NCBI GenBank assembly: GCA_012295275.1
Contig: CM022672.1
Span: 30,876,001 to 30,940,000 of the forward strand
DNA: 64,000 nt
Reading direction: 5' to 3'
DNA from: Chrysomallon squamiferum
Lineage: Eukaryota; Animalia; Mollusca
The translations under genes and the position numbers were made by a program. Below, in pieces: positions 28,346-42,356 of this stretch (position 1 is the first letter of the stretch; every line of letters begins with the position of its first letter). The notes beneath the pieces are model-generated. The model made no database searches, had not been told where the DNA came from, and was given only the letters and a program-made list of their open reading frames with translations.

Positions 28346-29031
28346 TATAAACATTATATTAATTTAATACTTAAAAAAAAATCTCTAGAATTAATGTTAG
28401 TCTAAAATTAATAAATATTGATAATTCTTTAGAAATAACGAAACTGAGTGTTTGACGAATAATTACTTATTTATGTTACAAATGTTTTTGTTATTTTTCA
28501 GTTTCATGAAAAACTGTCACACGAAGATCTAGGCCATTATTTTAGCACCACAGAAAAAGAGAAAGGTAAACTTTAAAAAAAAAGGCGATTTTCGCTGCTA
28601 ATATCTCAGCTATGTTTGCCGAAAACACAACGTTCACGTTGACGCTTGCACTCACCAAACGCAACTAAAGCCACAATTTACGTAACGATTTTTATAACCC
28701 AAGTATCCTCTAGCGGAGAACAGCTCAAACGGACATTTGGAAGGATATCGCAACGGCTAGTATAACTCATTTAACAATAATTTAGCTTTTACATTCCTTT
28801 AGAGCGGCCGTTTTTGAGCTCGCTTGTACCATAATATGTACCATTTGGTCGTACACAAACGCGCTACAAGAAAAAACCCAAAGACCCCTATCAGAAAATC
28901 ACCGACTAGGAAATCTTCCACTTTCTGAATGTGACGTAGTTAATTTTATTCCTTGAATGAAAACAGAATTGAATGTAACAATTATTTAACAATTTTCTTT
29001 TCTTTCCTTTTTCTTTTGCTCTTTTTTTTCA

Positions 29032-29076
<45 letters not shown>

Positions 29077-31053
29077 TTCTTCTACGTTTCGTTACATGTG
29101 GAATAAAATCACAGCTAAATGTTTTTACTTCCAGTACCTGACTACGAAGTAGTTAATCCTCAGCACATAACAGGAAGCAAAAGAAGAAAAGACTTTTTCC
29201 AAGACAAGGAACCTGTTGAGTATCACATGAAAGCGTTCGGAGAGCGGTACCATCTACACTTAACTCATAACAGTGACCTCATATCTCCAGGTAAGTCAGA
29301 CTGTTTGACGTCATAACTGAAACGAGTAACTATGTAGTTGAGAAAACAGAAAATGTAAAATGTGTTTCAGAGATGAAAATATTGAAGACTTATCTGTGGT
29401 CAAAATCGCTAAAGGTAGATTATATATTTATTTTTTATTTTTTTTATTTATTTATTTTTTTTTTTTTTTTTTTTTTATTTATTTATTTATTTATTTATTT
29501 TTTTTTTTTTATTTATTTATTTATTTATTTATTTGTTTATTTCTCTTTCATCTTGGTGATCTTTCCCTGCACACAGGTTTCGAATATTCAACCTAATAAA
29601 GAATATTGAGAATAACTTGTGATGATATTGCGACATTTCACGCATAACTGTCGTGCGATATTGCACGACATTGCGCTACCTCCGCGCGACCTTTGGATGG
29701 GCTAAAACTAGCAATTTTGTCGCCGGGTCTTGGACAAGTGTCGCGAGGTCGTGCAATCAGTATTCGTGCCACTTACGTAAATGTGACGTAAGTGTAATTA
29801 CTGACGTATTATTTTAATTTCATAAAAAAAGTATTTCAGTATTTAAAAAAAAACATTGAACATTTCAGGTTGCTTGGTGTACAGATTTAAAGAAGGTGAC
29901 CAGAAACACATCGAACCATGTCCAGTTCAAGAAAATGACTGCTACTATCTCGGTTCTTCACTCGTACACACAAATTCGTCTGCAGCTCTCAGCTTATGTG
30001 GCGGACTCGTAAGTTCTTCGGTCTCCCGGTTTTTATGTCGTTTTTTTGTTTTTACATCGTTTCTTCTTTCTTATTAAATACAAAATTCTCCTGCAGTTCT
30101 TGGACTGTTTGACGGGCTTATAAATCATCAGTTTTTCGTTTTTATTTTAATTTTTATTTTAACATCATTTTTAACTTTCTTATTTCACACTAAAATAATC
30201 TATAATTGGATTTTCAATTCACCCAAATACGTAAATGCATATATAGTGGATTGGAACAAAGTTCATAGATTTCTAAGTAATATTCAAAGATAATTTGACG
30301 TGGATTTATTCACTTATGCATGTGTCATTTTGTTCACCTAACAGAATGTGTTTATAGTCATACATCTCAGTCACGTGTGAATAAAAATCACCTGCTCAAA
30401 TGCAACATATTGAAAAACATTAAGAAATTACTATTCTTCTTCTTATTATTATTATTATTATTGATATAATGTTTCAACTATGACATTGTTACAAAAATCT
30501 ATTTTAAAAATAAAATTAATTAATTTTTGGAAACTCTTACCAATATTAGTTTTGTCTAGATTAAATTAATGTTAAGAAAAGTCTGAATTTGGTTCAAATT
30601 TGATTGATATAAAAAGAAACAGATTAATTTTTCCAAGATTCTTGCCAATATTACTTTTAACTTGAGGAAAATAAAGATAAGAAAAGTCTAAATTTGGACG
30701 TATTGTAAGCGGTTCAAAAAGGTAATTTTTAAAAAATACTTCACAGCACGGAATCATACGACTTCCAACTCATGACCTTGTCATTCAACCAATCAAAAAG
30801 CAACACATCTCTCTACTGGCGTCTTCGTCCAATCAAAGTCCAGGAAATTTCGTAGCCGATTCGAATGGTCACGTGGTCTATCGGATTACGTCAAGCGGCG
30901 GGAACTGTAATCTGAAAGGTATTGCTAGTGTAGCAATATGTTAATACAGACGTAAGATTAATATCAACGACACCTTAGAAAAATAATGTGTATTGAAATT
31001 CAGATTAAATTATGTAGACTTTATTTTTCGTGTTTCATGTTCACTAAAAGAAT

Positions 31054-31121
<68 letters not shown>

Positions 31122-31572
31122 CAGCGACATAATTATAATTTATCTACGATTTCTTTACTATAAATAGATTTTTAGCATTTTTTTTTATATAGTTCTTTTG
31201 TTGGTTTGTAGCTGATGAAAATGAAATCGTGAAGGTAGTGAAAAAACGAAGACGTCGTGACAGCGGGAAAAAATACGTTGAATTTTTGTTAGCAGCCGAC
31301 AAAACAATGTTCCATTACCATGGAAACAACCTGCAAAATTACATGCTGACAGTTGTAAACATTGTATGTAAATACGTCATAAATCATAAATATTTTATAT
31401 ATGTTAATATTTGTTATGAATAATTTATATAGCGTAATCGTAACTAATAATTCGTTTTAACTGTTTGCATTTATAATAAATTAGGTTTTAATTATCTTTA
31501 TTCTTTAATTTTTATTTTTTAAAATTAATTTATTTATTTATTCATTCATTCATTCGTTGATTTATTTATGTA

Positions 31573-31605
<33 letters not shown>

Positions 31606-34600
31606 AGATTAAAATTTGGCGACGTTGGAGAAAATATGACCAGTATTAAAATAATGAAACAAAATGAAATTCCTGTCTGTTTTTATAGGCTGCCGGGCGA
31701 TATCTTGACCCAAGTTTGAAACAACAAATATATCTGACAGTTGTGAGGATAAAAATTATTGAAGATGACCAGGTATGATTTCGTTAACAAAAAAAAAAAA
31801 AAAAAAAAGTTTTATAATATAAATACCATTCAGTTTTTTCTATTTCTAGAGTACACTAAATCATAGATATTTTCAGAAATTATATAATATAATATAAATA
31901 ACACACTTCAGTTTCTCTATTTCTAGAGTTCATTAAATCATAGATTTTCAGGAGGAAGGTTATGTAATATAATAATTATAATACACTTCAGTTTCTCTAC
32001 CTATTTCTAGAATAAATGAAAGATTTTCAGGAAGAAAGTTATGCTTTTGACCGTCGATTTCACGGACCTTTGTTTTCTGGATTTTGGAAAATCTGGACCA
32101 AATCTGGACCAAAAAAAATAAATTTGCACCTATTGCCATTTTCTGCTTGAAACATTACATCTAGTTACTGTTAAGTTATTCTGCGTCCTACTGTATGACA
32201 GCCCACATCAAACCAGTTTAATCAAAATAAAAATATTTTTTACAATTACGTCCATAACCACAACACATTTCACCCAGCTGTACATTTTTCTTTACATATG
32301 CTGCATTGTTTACATCGGTTTTAATGTCTGTAGAACTGTTCTTACATTAATATATTACTTATTATATTTACCTGTTATGTTTACTAAAGTTTAAAGTTTA
32401 CATTCGCGATTTCCCCGTCTCCGGCATTTTCCGTGCCTGGTGCTCCCCCCACCCCCGATTCTCCCCCACGCCCGAATTAGTCTGTGAAATCGATGGTCAA
32501 GAGTAATATAAATACATTTTACTATTTCTAGAGTTCACTGAATCAGAGATTTTCGGGAAGACATTTATAATATAAATATTACTAACTATTTCTGGAGTTC
32601 ACTAAATCAGAGATTTTAAAACTATATCCACTGGAGAAAATCATGGCTACCAATTTGACAAAAGTACGGCAGAACAGCTTCGATGTACTCAGATAAAATG
32701 TAAACGAAATTTACACAGTGTTTTAATTGGATAAACTATAATGGATAATTATATTTTTTGAAAATAAAAATTAAAAATGAAATGGTTCAAGGACGTTTTT
32801 CCTGGGGTCGTTGGGCAAGGATGATTGTTATTACTTAAGTGGCCTTCTGAACAAAGTTTTCGCTTTTTGCGTCCGCCATTACTGAATTTTGGTAACATAC
32901 CCCCTGGGGATTATTTGCATATCAGTTTGAAAACCAAAGCAGTAAATAAATATAAAACACATAATTTCACAGTTATATATATATATAAAAATGTATTAGT
33001 AATAATCAAATATTTATATTTTTAACTGAACTGCTGAAAGAACATTTAATGTGAATTTAACTGTGTTACTTACTAATTTAATGTAACTGTGTTTATTTTA
33101 CTTATTAATTGAATTTAACTGTGTTTAATTTATTAACTGAATTTTTAACTGATTTTTAAATTAAATTTATCTAAATTTAATTGTATTTTACTTATTAACT
33201 GATTTTAACTTTGTTTAATGTATTAACTAAAATTAACTGTGTTTAACTTATTAAATGAATTTGACTGTGTTTGACATACTAAAACTAAATTTAACTGTAT
33301 TTGAGTTTGACTTTGTTTAACATAAAATTAAATTTAATTTATTAACTAAATTGAACTATATATCTTATTAACTGAATTTAACTGTGTATATCTTATTAAC
33401 TGGATTTAACTGTATATCTTATTAACTGAATTTAACTATGTATAGAGGATAATGTTGGTTTTGTTCATCATTTTTATAATTTTTTTTTTTTTTACCTTTC
33501 TTCTGTAATTTTTTTTTTTCAGCCCTCTCTGTCAATCACTCCTAACGCTGAGGTTTCTCTGAGCAGTTTCTGCAACTGGCAGGAAAAGTTTAATCCATCA
33601 GATGACAGTGACCCACAGCATGTTGATGCTGCTACCCTAATGACAAGGTGAACATCTGTCTGTATGTCTGTCTGTCTGTTTGTCTGTGTGTATGATGGTT
33701 ATCTATTGCAACAGAGATGAAATGCTAAAGAGGTTTAATTAAATTTGACTTGAGAATTTTGTTTTAATATTTATATCAGAGGGTATGTTTTTAGTGATAA
33801 CAGACATGATATGTTAAACAGGTTTAATTAAATTTAATTTTTGTTTTAATATTATATTTACATTCCTCAGTGGGTATGTTTCAGTGGTACTAAAATAGCT
33901 GATGTTTCACTTTATAGGCTAGTGATGTTGTGTGATGTGTTGGTATTTCAGTTATTCATTAGAAATTGGTGAATAATCTGAACACTGTACTGAATATTTA
34001 AATTAATTTTGTAATTATAATGTGTTTAAAGTCATGCAAAAGAAATGAAGACATGCACATAGAGTTTGAGGATTACTTGTCTGAAATTCTGTAATCAGAA
34101 AAGATACGAAATCTGAAATGGTGATATAGTGATGTAATCAGAAATAGTGATATATTACTGATTCCATACATAAACTTTTTTATTTTACAAACAAAATTAT
34201 TAAAAATATTATATATAGAAAATACTGGAGACTATTTTTATGTATATATTTTTAATCATTATTTTCAGACTTGACTTAATACATGGGGGAGTTCAGTCCA
34301 CTACAGGTCTGGCAATATTTGGTGGAATGTGCCAAAAAAACATTCGATGCTCCATCATAGAGGATCATGGTCTTGATGTTGGCTTGACCTTAGCCCATGA
34401 AACAGGTCACAGGTAATATCTGATGAAGTCAAAAAGAAAGAAAGAAAGAATAATAATAACTTTGATTACAGATCTAGATGAAAAAAATAATGATGACGTT
34501 ATTCTATAAAATGTTCAAGAAATATATCAGATTTGAAAATCAATGGATATTTTTCAATGAAATGTTGAAGAAACTTATAGATTTTAGTATCAATGGACTT

Positions 34601-35113
34601 TATTATATGAAATAGTTAAGAAAAATAGATTTTTTTTGATTTTTTCCATTATGTTTTTTTCTTCTTCTTCTTTTAAAAATGTTTGAGTAACTGAAATATG
34701 TTGATTTTTGTTTGAATTTAGGAATAAATCATTAATTTATTTACCTTATCCCATAAAATATTGAAGAAAAATAAAATATTTGAATATTAACGAAACATTC
34801 TTATTTTTTCTTCTTTTTCTTTTAAAAGTGTTTAAATAACTGAAACGTGTCAATTTTTGTTTCAGTTTAGGAATGAAACATGACAGCGAGGGAAACCTGT
34901 GTGAAAATTACCACAACATTATGTCCAAGGGGGGAGCTGGAGGGTCCTCCGCCTTCCAGTGGTCATCCTGCAGTGCTGATTACCTGAACAGTTTCTTCAG
35001 GTGACCTACTGACTGACCTACATTTGTTGACATATTGATACCTGTATTTGATTATTAATCTTAGAAATTATTTTAGATATTTTTCATGTCTGTTTGTATA
35101 TGTACTGACAGAC

Positions 35114-35148
<35 letters not shown>

Positions 35149-35698
35149 TCATTTAGTTCTGAAATATACATTGATAATATTATTATTTTTGTAACATAAC
35201 ATTGTTTCATCTGGTGTTTAGTGAGGGAAGGGAGAGTCTGAATGAGAGAGAGAGAGAGTGACATTGATTTAGTTCTGAAATAACAAGTGATATTATTATT
35301 GTCAACACTGACACTTGTTTTCATCTGGTGTTTTGCTGGGAATGGTTCCTCTCTGAATGGGGACGCCTGTGAGTAGACACTTTCAGTCCACGGAGAGACC
35401 TGCCTAGTGTTCTAGAGTGTGCACAGATCAGTGTTTCTTTGTAGGGAATGGCTCCCTCAAGTGTGTGTGTTTGTGTGTGTGTATGTGGAGGGTGGTATAT
35501 GGGGGTGTTCTAGATTGTGCAGTGTGTTTCCTTGTACATCCATATGGGTGTGTGTGTTTTTTGTATGTGTGTGTCTTTTGTTTGTTTTTTCTTTTCCATG
35601 TTTTCATGTTTTTATTTATTATTTTGACCCCTTATTATTGTTATTATTTTTTTCCTAGTTTTTTAATTTATTTATTTTTTAATTATTTTTATATTTTA

Positions 35699-35731
<33 letters not shown>

Positions 35732-38700
35732 TGTTAATTTGTTTTACCCCCATCTTTTTATAATAACTTTTTTATTTATATTTTTAATATTTTTTCCCCC
35801 ATCATTTTATTATTCATCTTTTTTATTTGTTTTATTTTTGTCATATTTTTAACCTTTATTTAAACTGGCAAATGTTTTGTTTTTTGTTTTTTCCCAGGAT
35901 GAGTGTGCCAAACTGATTTGTTTTGATGTCCACACACCTGGTCAGTGTACTGGAAGTCAGAGTCCAAGAATGGATGGGACAGAGTGTGGCCAGAGAAAGG
36001 TTTTCAAATTTAAATATTTTATTTTTCAATATTTTGTTAGTCATTTTAGTAAATTTTAATCCTGAAATCTCAATGTTCAGACTTTTTTCATTGAAGTTTA
36101 AGATAAACAGAACATTACAAATTCAAAAATGTATAATATATATATTAAATATATGAAATATAAAACAGTTATTAAATTTAAACTCATATTTAAAGTCTAT
36201 ATTCAGATTCAACAATGTCTATTTTTTAATTGTTAATGCTGTATTTACATTACAAAAAAAATATTTTAAATGTAATTTTATCTCACCTGAATGTATTCAG
36301 ATTCTAAAAGTTTATATTTACTATTATTTTTACATCATTTTGAATTTTAATTTTATTACCATCTTTAATTAAACAAAAGTCAAACACATACTTATAAAAT
36401 ATAGTCTGTTTAAAAAAATGTAATTTATCTACTTATGTATTCAAATTCTAAAGTATATTTACTTAATATTTTTTTTTAGAGCAGTAATCACAAAATTCAG
36501 AAATTTTCAAATTGAATACAGTACACTTTAAACACTGTCATTGTGTTGAATCTTACATCTGATTTTAATTTTTCCAGTTTATATTTAATAATTAATGACT
36601 TGTTCTGTCTCTCAGAGAAAATTTTATTTCATGTAAAAATTGAATTCATGGTGGATAATTTGTCAGTTGTTAATTGTGAGAAATAAAATGTCTGATTCCA
36701 GTGGTGTATGCAAGGCAGGTGTGTGGACATTGGTCCTGATGGTCCAGCAGCTCAAGATGGAGGATGGTCGGAATGGGATAAAGAATGGTCTCAGTGCTCC
36801 AGATCATGTGGAGGGGGTGTGCGCACCAAAACAAGGAAGTGCGACAAACCAAAGTAAGAAAAAAGATGCCTAGAGTGACGTTTTTCATTATTTTAAGATT
36901 ATTTATTTATCTGGTCATTAAAAGTTTTAAATTTATTTATTTATCTGACATATAAAGTTTTAAATTTATTTATTTATCTGACATAAAAAGTTTTAAATTT
37001 ATTTATTTATCTGACATATAAAGTTTAAAATTTATTTATTTGTCTAACCTATAAAGTTTAAAATTTTATTTATTTATATGATCATAATTAATAATTAATT
37101 AATTTTTTTTTTTTTTTTTTTTTTGATCTGATAAAAAAGAAATCAAAATTTACTTCTTCTGTAAGCAGTTAGTTTCTGGTTATTGACAGATTTCACATAA
37201 TGTCTTCTAGAGGATTTCTTTATTTTATTTTATGCTAGAGGTGTCTTGCAGTATTTCTTTTTATTTAGTCTAGTTTACTTTTATATTGTCACGCAGGACT
37301 CGCTTTGGAGGAAAACCATGTGAAGGATTTGATACAAAAGCAGAACTTTGCAACATTCAGGTATTTCTTGATTTTGTTATTTCATTACACCTGTATTTTC
37401 CACTTGTGTTGATAATGGTGAGACTAATAATATCATTTTAGAATATATATATCATTTATTTAGTTCTATATGATGTAAATAACAAAGTAATTAAATATTA
37501 TTAATAAATAATGAACTGTATTATTCTGTTTTAATATTATATTTATATATATTTTTTTGTTGTTGTTGTTGTTTTTTGTTACTTTATTTATTTATTTATT
37601 TATTTATTTATTTTGATGTTCTTGTTGTTTTTTAATCTTCATGATTCCCAGAGATCCTTAAATATTCCATTTTAAAATTTTATTTTTATTTTTATTTTTA
37701 ATTTCTTTTGGCCATGTCCAAGTTTCTCTGATTGATATTTATAACATCAATTTTAAATTTTAAATTTCAATTTTAATTTTTTAATTTCTTTTCACCATGT
37801 CCAAGTTTTTGAGATTGATATTTATGATGACAGTTTTAAATTTTTACTTTTATTTTTAATTTTTATTTTTAATTTCTGTAGCCACATATAAGATTTTGTT
37901 TGTTGATATTTATAATAGTTAATTTTAAATTCTAATTTAATTTTTTATTTTATTTTAGCCATGTCCAACAAAATCTGACTTCAGAGCAGAACAGTGTGCA
38001 GCAACTGACAAGTTTCCATTATTTGAAAAAAAATTCCATTTTATACCCGCAAATGTTGAAAGTAAGTCAAAACTAGTCACAGATTTTACTTCATAACTCC
38101 ATTTTCAGTAACTCTGTAAGTTAAATAACTGTAAAATTGTGCCAGTAATTGTAGTTTTTCTGTTTTATAATCAAATTAAATACTGTAATAAAATTCAGAA
38201 AATATGCTGAAAGTAACTCCAATTACAGACAAAATTTTATTAAATAATTTATTTTTATGTATTTCTATAATTTAAATAATTGTGAAATAGTGCCAATAAA
38301 TATTGTTTTTCTGTTGTTTGATCAGTTAAATACAATAAAATTCTTTAAATATTTTGGACATACATTAGGATTATAGTTGAAATTTTACTCTGTAACTCCT
38401 TTTGTTTTAATAAATTCCATTTTTAAATAATTGTAATAATAGTGGCAATGAATTGTGGATTTTTGGGAGGTTTTGTTGATAATAATATAATTAAATATCA
38501 ATAACTCATTTTGTTTTAAAGTGACTCCATATTTAAATAACTGTAAAATAGAGGGGTCAGTGAATGTTGATTTTTCTGTTGAATAAATCCAGTTAAATAT
38601 AGAAATAAAATTCATAAAATATATATAAAAACAATTTTATGCATTGTTTAAATTGACAGACAAAGATCAGTGTAAATTGTAATGTCAAATACAAGGGCAG

Positions 38701-39493
38701 ACAACTATTCACCTACAAAACAGCAGGTTATAGACTGAATTGATTGATTGTAATTGCAAAAAGTGATGATGTTGCTTCTGTTTAATAATCCAATTCAAAA
38801 TATTAATAAAATTCAGAAATTATACTCTGTAATCCTTAATATTTTATTTATTTATTTATTTATTTTTTTATTAAATTCTATATTTAAATAATTCTAAAAT
38901 AGTGAGTTTTTTTATTTATTTTTTATTTATTTATTTATTTTGTATAAATCCACTTAAATATAGTAATACAGTTCAGAAACAATTAAAAACAATTAATGCA
39001 CTGTTTAAATTGACAGGCAAAGATCAGTGTAAACTGTACTGTCAGATACAAGGGCAGACAACTATTCACTTGCGATCACTGAACAACAAACAGCAGTTTA
39101 GAGATGGCACAGACTGTTATGGAGAAACTGGAGCTTTCCATCGATGTGTTAATGGAGAATGCAGGGTAAGTTGAAATAATTAACTGAAATAAATTAAAGC
39201 TGTTATTAAATTATTTACAACAACAACAACAATAAATAAATTTGAAGAGAATGTTAGAAATACTTAACTGATATAGACAAAAGCTAATATTAAATTATTT
39301 ACAACAAAAACAACAAATAAATAAATAAATGATATCTGTATTTCAAGAGAATGTTAGAAATACTTAACTGATATAAACAAAAGCTAATATTAAATTATTT
39401 TTAAAAATATTAACACATATGTTTAAGGAAAATGTTAGAAATATTTAACTGAATTAAAAAAACTTAATATTAAATTATTTAAAGAAATATTAA

Positions 39494-39540
<47 letters not shown>

Positions 39541-40077
39541 CTTGCACTCACCTAAACAGATTTTTATTTATAACAATTCGTTCTGTTTCAGGTTTTTGGT
39601 TGTGATGGCTCCACAGATTCTACAAAAACTTTTGACAAATGTGGAAAATGCAACGGAGACAACAGCTCCTGTAAGAAAATCACTGGACAATATTCTACTG
39701 GAATCCCCCAAAGTTAGTAAAAAGTCAACATAGATCAAAAAATCTTAAATCAGATATTGATCTTTCTTTTCTTTTTTTTAAATATCACCAGAGATAAAAA
39801 AGCTATATGGAATATAGATTAATTATTTGTTTTTAAATATCAACAGATCAAAAAGCAGTCACATTCAACTTTAAGAGTATTAACCTTTCCATATTTGCAG
39901 ATAAATAAAGTCTATAGTTTATAGAATAATAATAATAATAATGATAATAATAATAAAGAACTGAAAATTGATATAAAATTGTTACTCCCTTTGGCTCTGT
40001 TCATCTCTCTTGTTAAATATATCTTTCTAAATCTTCCTCTTTGTGAGTAGTGTCTATCTTTTTCATACATACATACA

Positions 40078-40113
<36 letters not shown>

Positions 40114-42299
40114 TTCTTTCACATGAAAAACAGATTTAGAAGAAGATAACAGGCTACAGTTTCATATAAACTTCAAAATAAAACACAACAGAGTAATAAA
40201 ATATGTATAAATTATTTTCTTTTTTCTTTCTAGAATATGTGACATTTGCTAACATTCCTAGAGGTACAACAAGTATTCTTATTAGAAATACAAACAAATT
40301 TACTGTAATGAGTAAGTACTGAACTAGTTAATTTATGTTTTATTTATTTATTTATTTATGCACCTTATTTAATTTATTCATTTATTTTTTATTTTTTTAT
40401 TTATTTATTATTATTATTTTTTTTTTTGAAAATTGCAATGGTTGTTAAATATTCATTAACATAATGGCTGTTATTTTAAGCTTTAACTAATTATTAATGT
40501 GATTTTTATCTGAATGTCTGAATATCAGCAAAAAGGTTTTTTATGTTTTTTTTAAATTTCTTCTTAAATTAATGTGTTAGTGTTAAATTTTATGTTTTTA
40601 TATGTCTTTGTGTTTTGTGTGTGTGTGTGTGTTTTTGTTTTGTATGTTATTTGTGTTTTTGGGTGCATATGTATATTTGTGTTTGTGTGTATGTGAAGAA
40701 CTAAAATTTAAAAAAAAGGTAATGAATAAAGTCAGAAATTCAATCAAATCATTATCAAGCTGAAAATGTTTGAATGAATCAAAATTATTTACCTATCCAT
40801 TTTTTATTTTTTATTTTACTTATTTATTTATTTGTTTGTTTGTTTGTTTGTTTGTTTGTTTGTTTGTTTGTTTGTTTGTTTATTTGTTTGTTTATTTGTT
40901 TGTTTGCTTGTTTGTTTATTTATTTTATTTATTTTGTTTTGTTTTATTTTACTTTATTTATTTGTTTATTTATTTGTTTATTTTGTTTTATTTTATTTTA
41001 TTTATTTATTATATAAAATATATATATATATATTTTTTTTACCTGTATTTCCAGGTATCTCAGTAAATGGAATCAGGTATTTTAACGGAGCTGATGGACA
41101 CAGGGACAGTTCGGGGAGGTATTCAGGGGGCGGTGTCACAGTTATTTATAGAAGAAATCCTGAAACTATCATAATTGATGGTCCCCTCTCTGTGGACATA
41201 GAGGCTCAGGTAAACTGATTAAATGTAGAAAGGTGAAAATTTGCTATCGTTCTATGTAATATATTGACTGAGTAATGTGAAATATGATACAGTATTTACC
41301 TGTTTAGTTGATAAAGTGAAAATGTGGGGATGTAAAAATGTTGAGTTTTATTTACTAGTTAATTATATAATACTGAACTGGTATAGTAAAGAAAAGTGAA
41401 AATTCTGGGATATATCACTGACTTATTATTAGGAATTATGATATAATACTGACCTATTCAGGTAATGTGAAAATGTTGGATATATTATTGTTTGACTAAT
41501 GAAATATGAAATATTGACCTGTTCAAGTAAAGAAAAATCAAAATGTAGTATTATGAATAGTTCATAATTATTTATTGACTAATATTAATATCATATATTT
41601 TAAATAAGAAGGAAACAAATCTGAAAAGGTGTTATTTTAAAAAATAACATATTATTGAAAATAATTATTAATACATACATCTATTAACTTTCTATGACTA
41701 AATAGCTTAATACCAACATATTCCCATATTCAGAAATGTATTTATTAAAAAATAAGTCTTTTCATTTATCAAATAAGCTAATAAAAAATATAATATTGTA
41801 TAGGTGTATTGATTCCATTGTTATTTTGCCTTAGTACTTCCAATTTCCCAATTTCAGAAATTTTTGAATATATAAATAAATAAATAAATAAATAAATAAA
41901 CAAATAAATAAATAAAAGAATGAAATGAATAAATAAATAAATAGTTTTCAAAATCTTTTCTCTTTTATTAAAATAAGCTAATAAGAAAAAAATATATATA
42001 TCTATATATAGCTATATAAATTTATATATTACAGGTGTATCGTCTCTATGGTGATAACTATGATGGTGTGAATCCAAAAATTTCTTATGAATATTACCTA
42101 CCTGGACCTAGGGCTAAGTCTACCAGTGTTGCATGGAAGACAATATATGGAGCCTGCAGTGTTACCTGCGGAATTGGTAAGTCTTTGAGTAATGTTGGAA
42201 AAAAATTATTTAAAGAGAAAAAAAACTTAAGAGAATTCCTTTTAAAAACAAATCTGATTTTTCTTTTAAATAAATATATATGTATATTAAATTAAAAAA

Positions 42300-42356
<57 letters not shown>

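Noticed and set aside
28580-29790. CpG-rich intronic patches (28580-28940, 29620-29790) as MITEs or structured RNAs
   Set aside because: Probably old transposon fragments, but no convincing TIR pair or TSD could be fixed.
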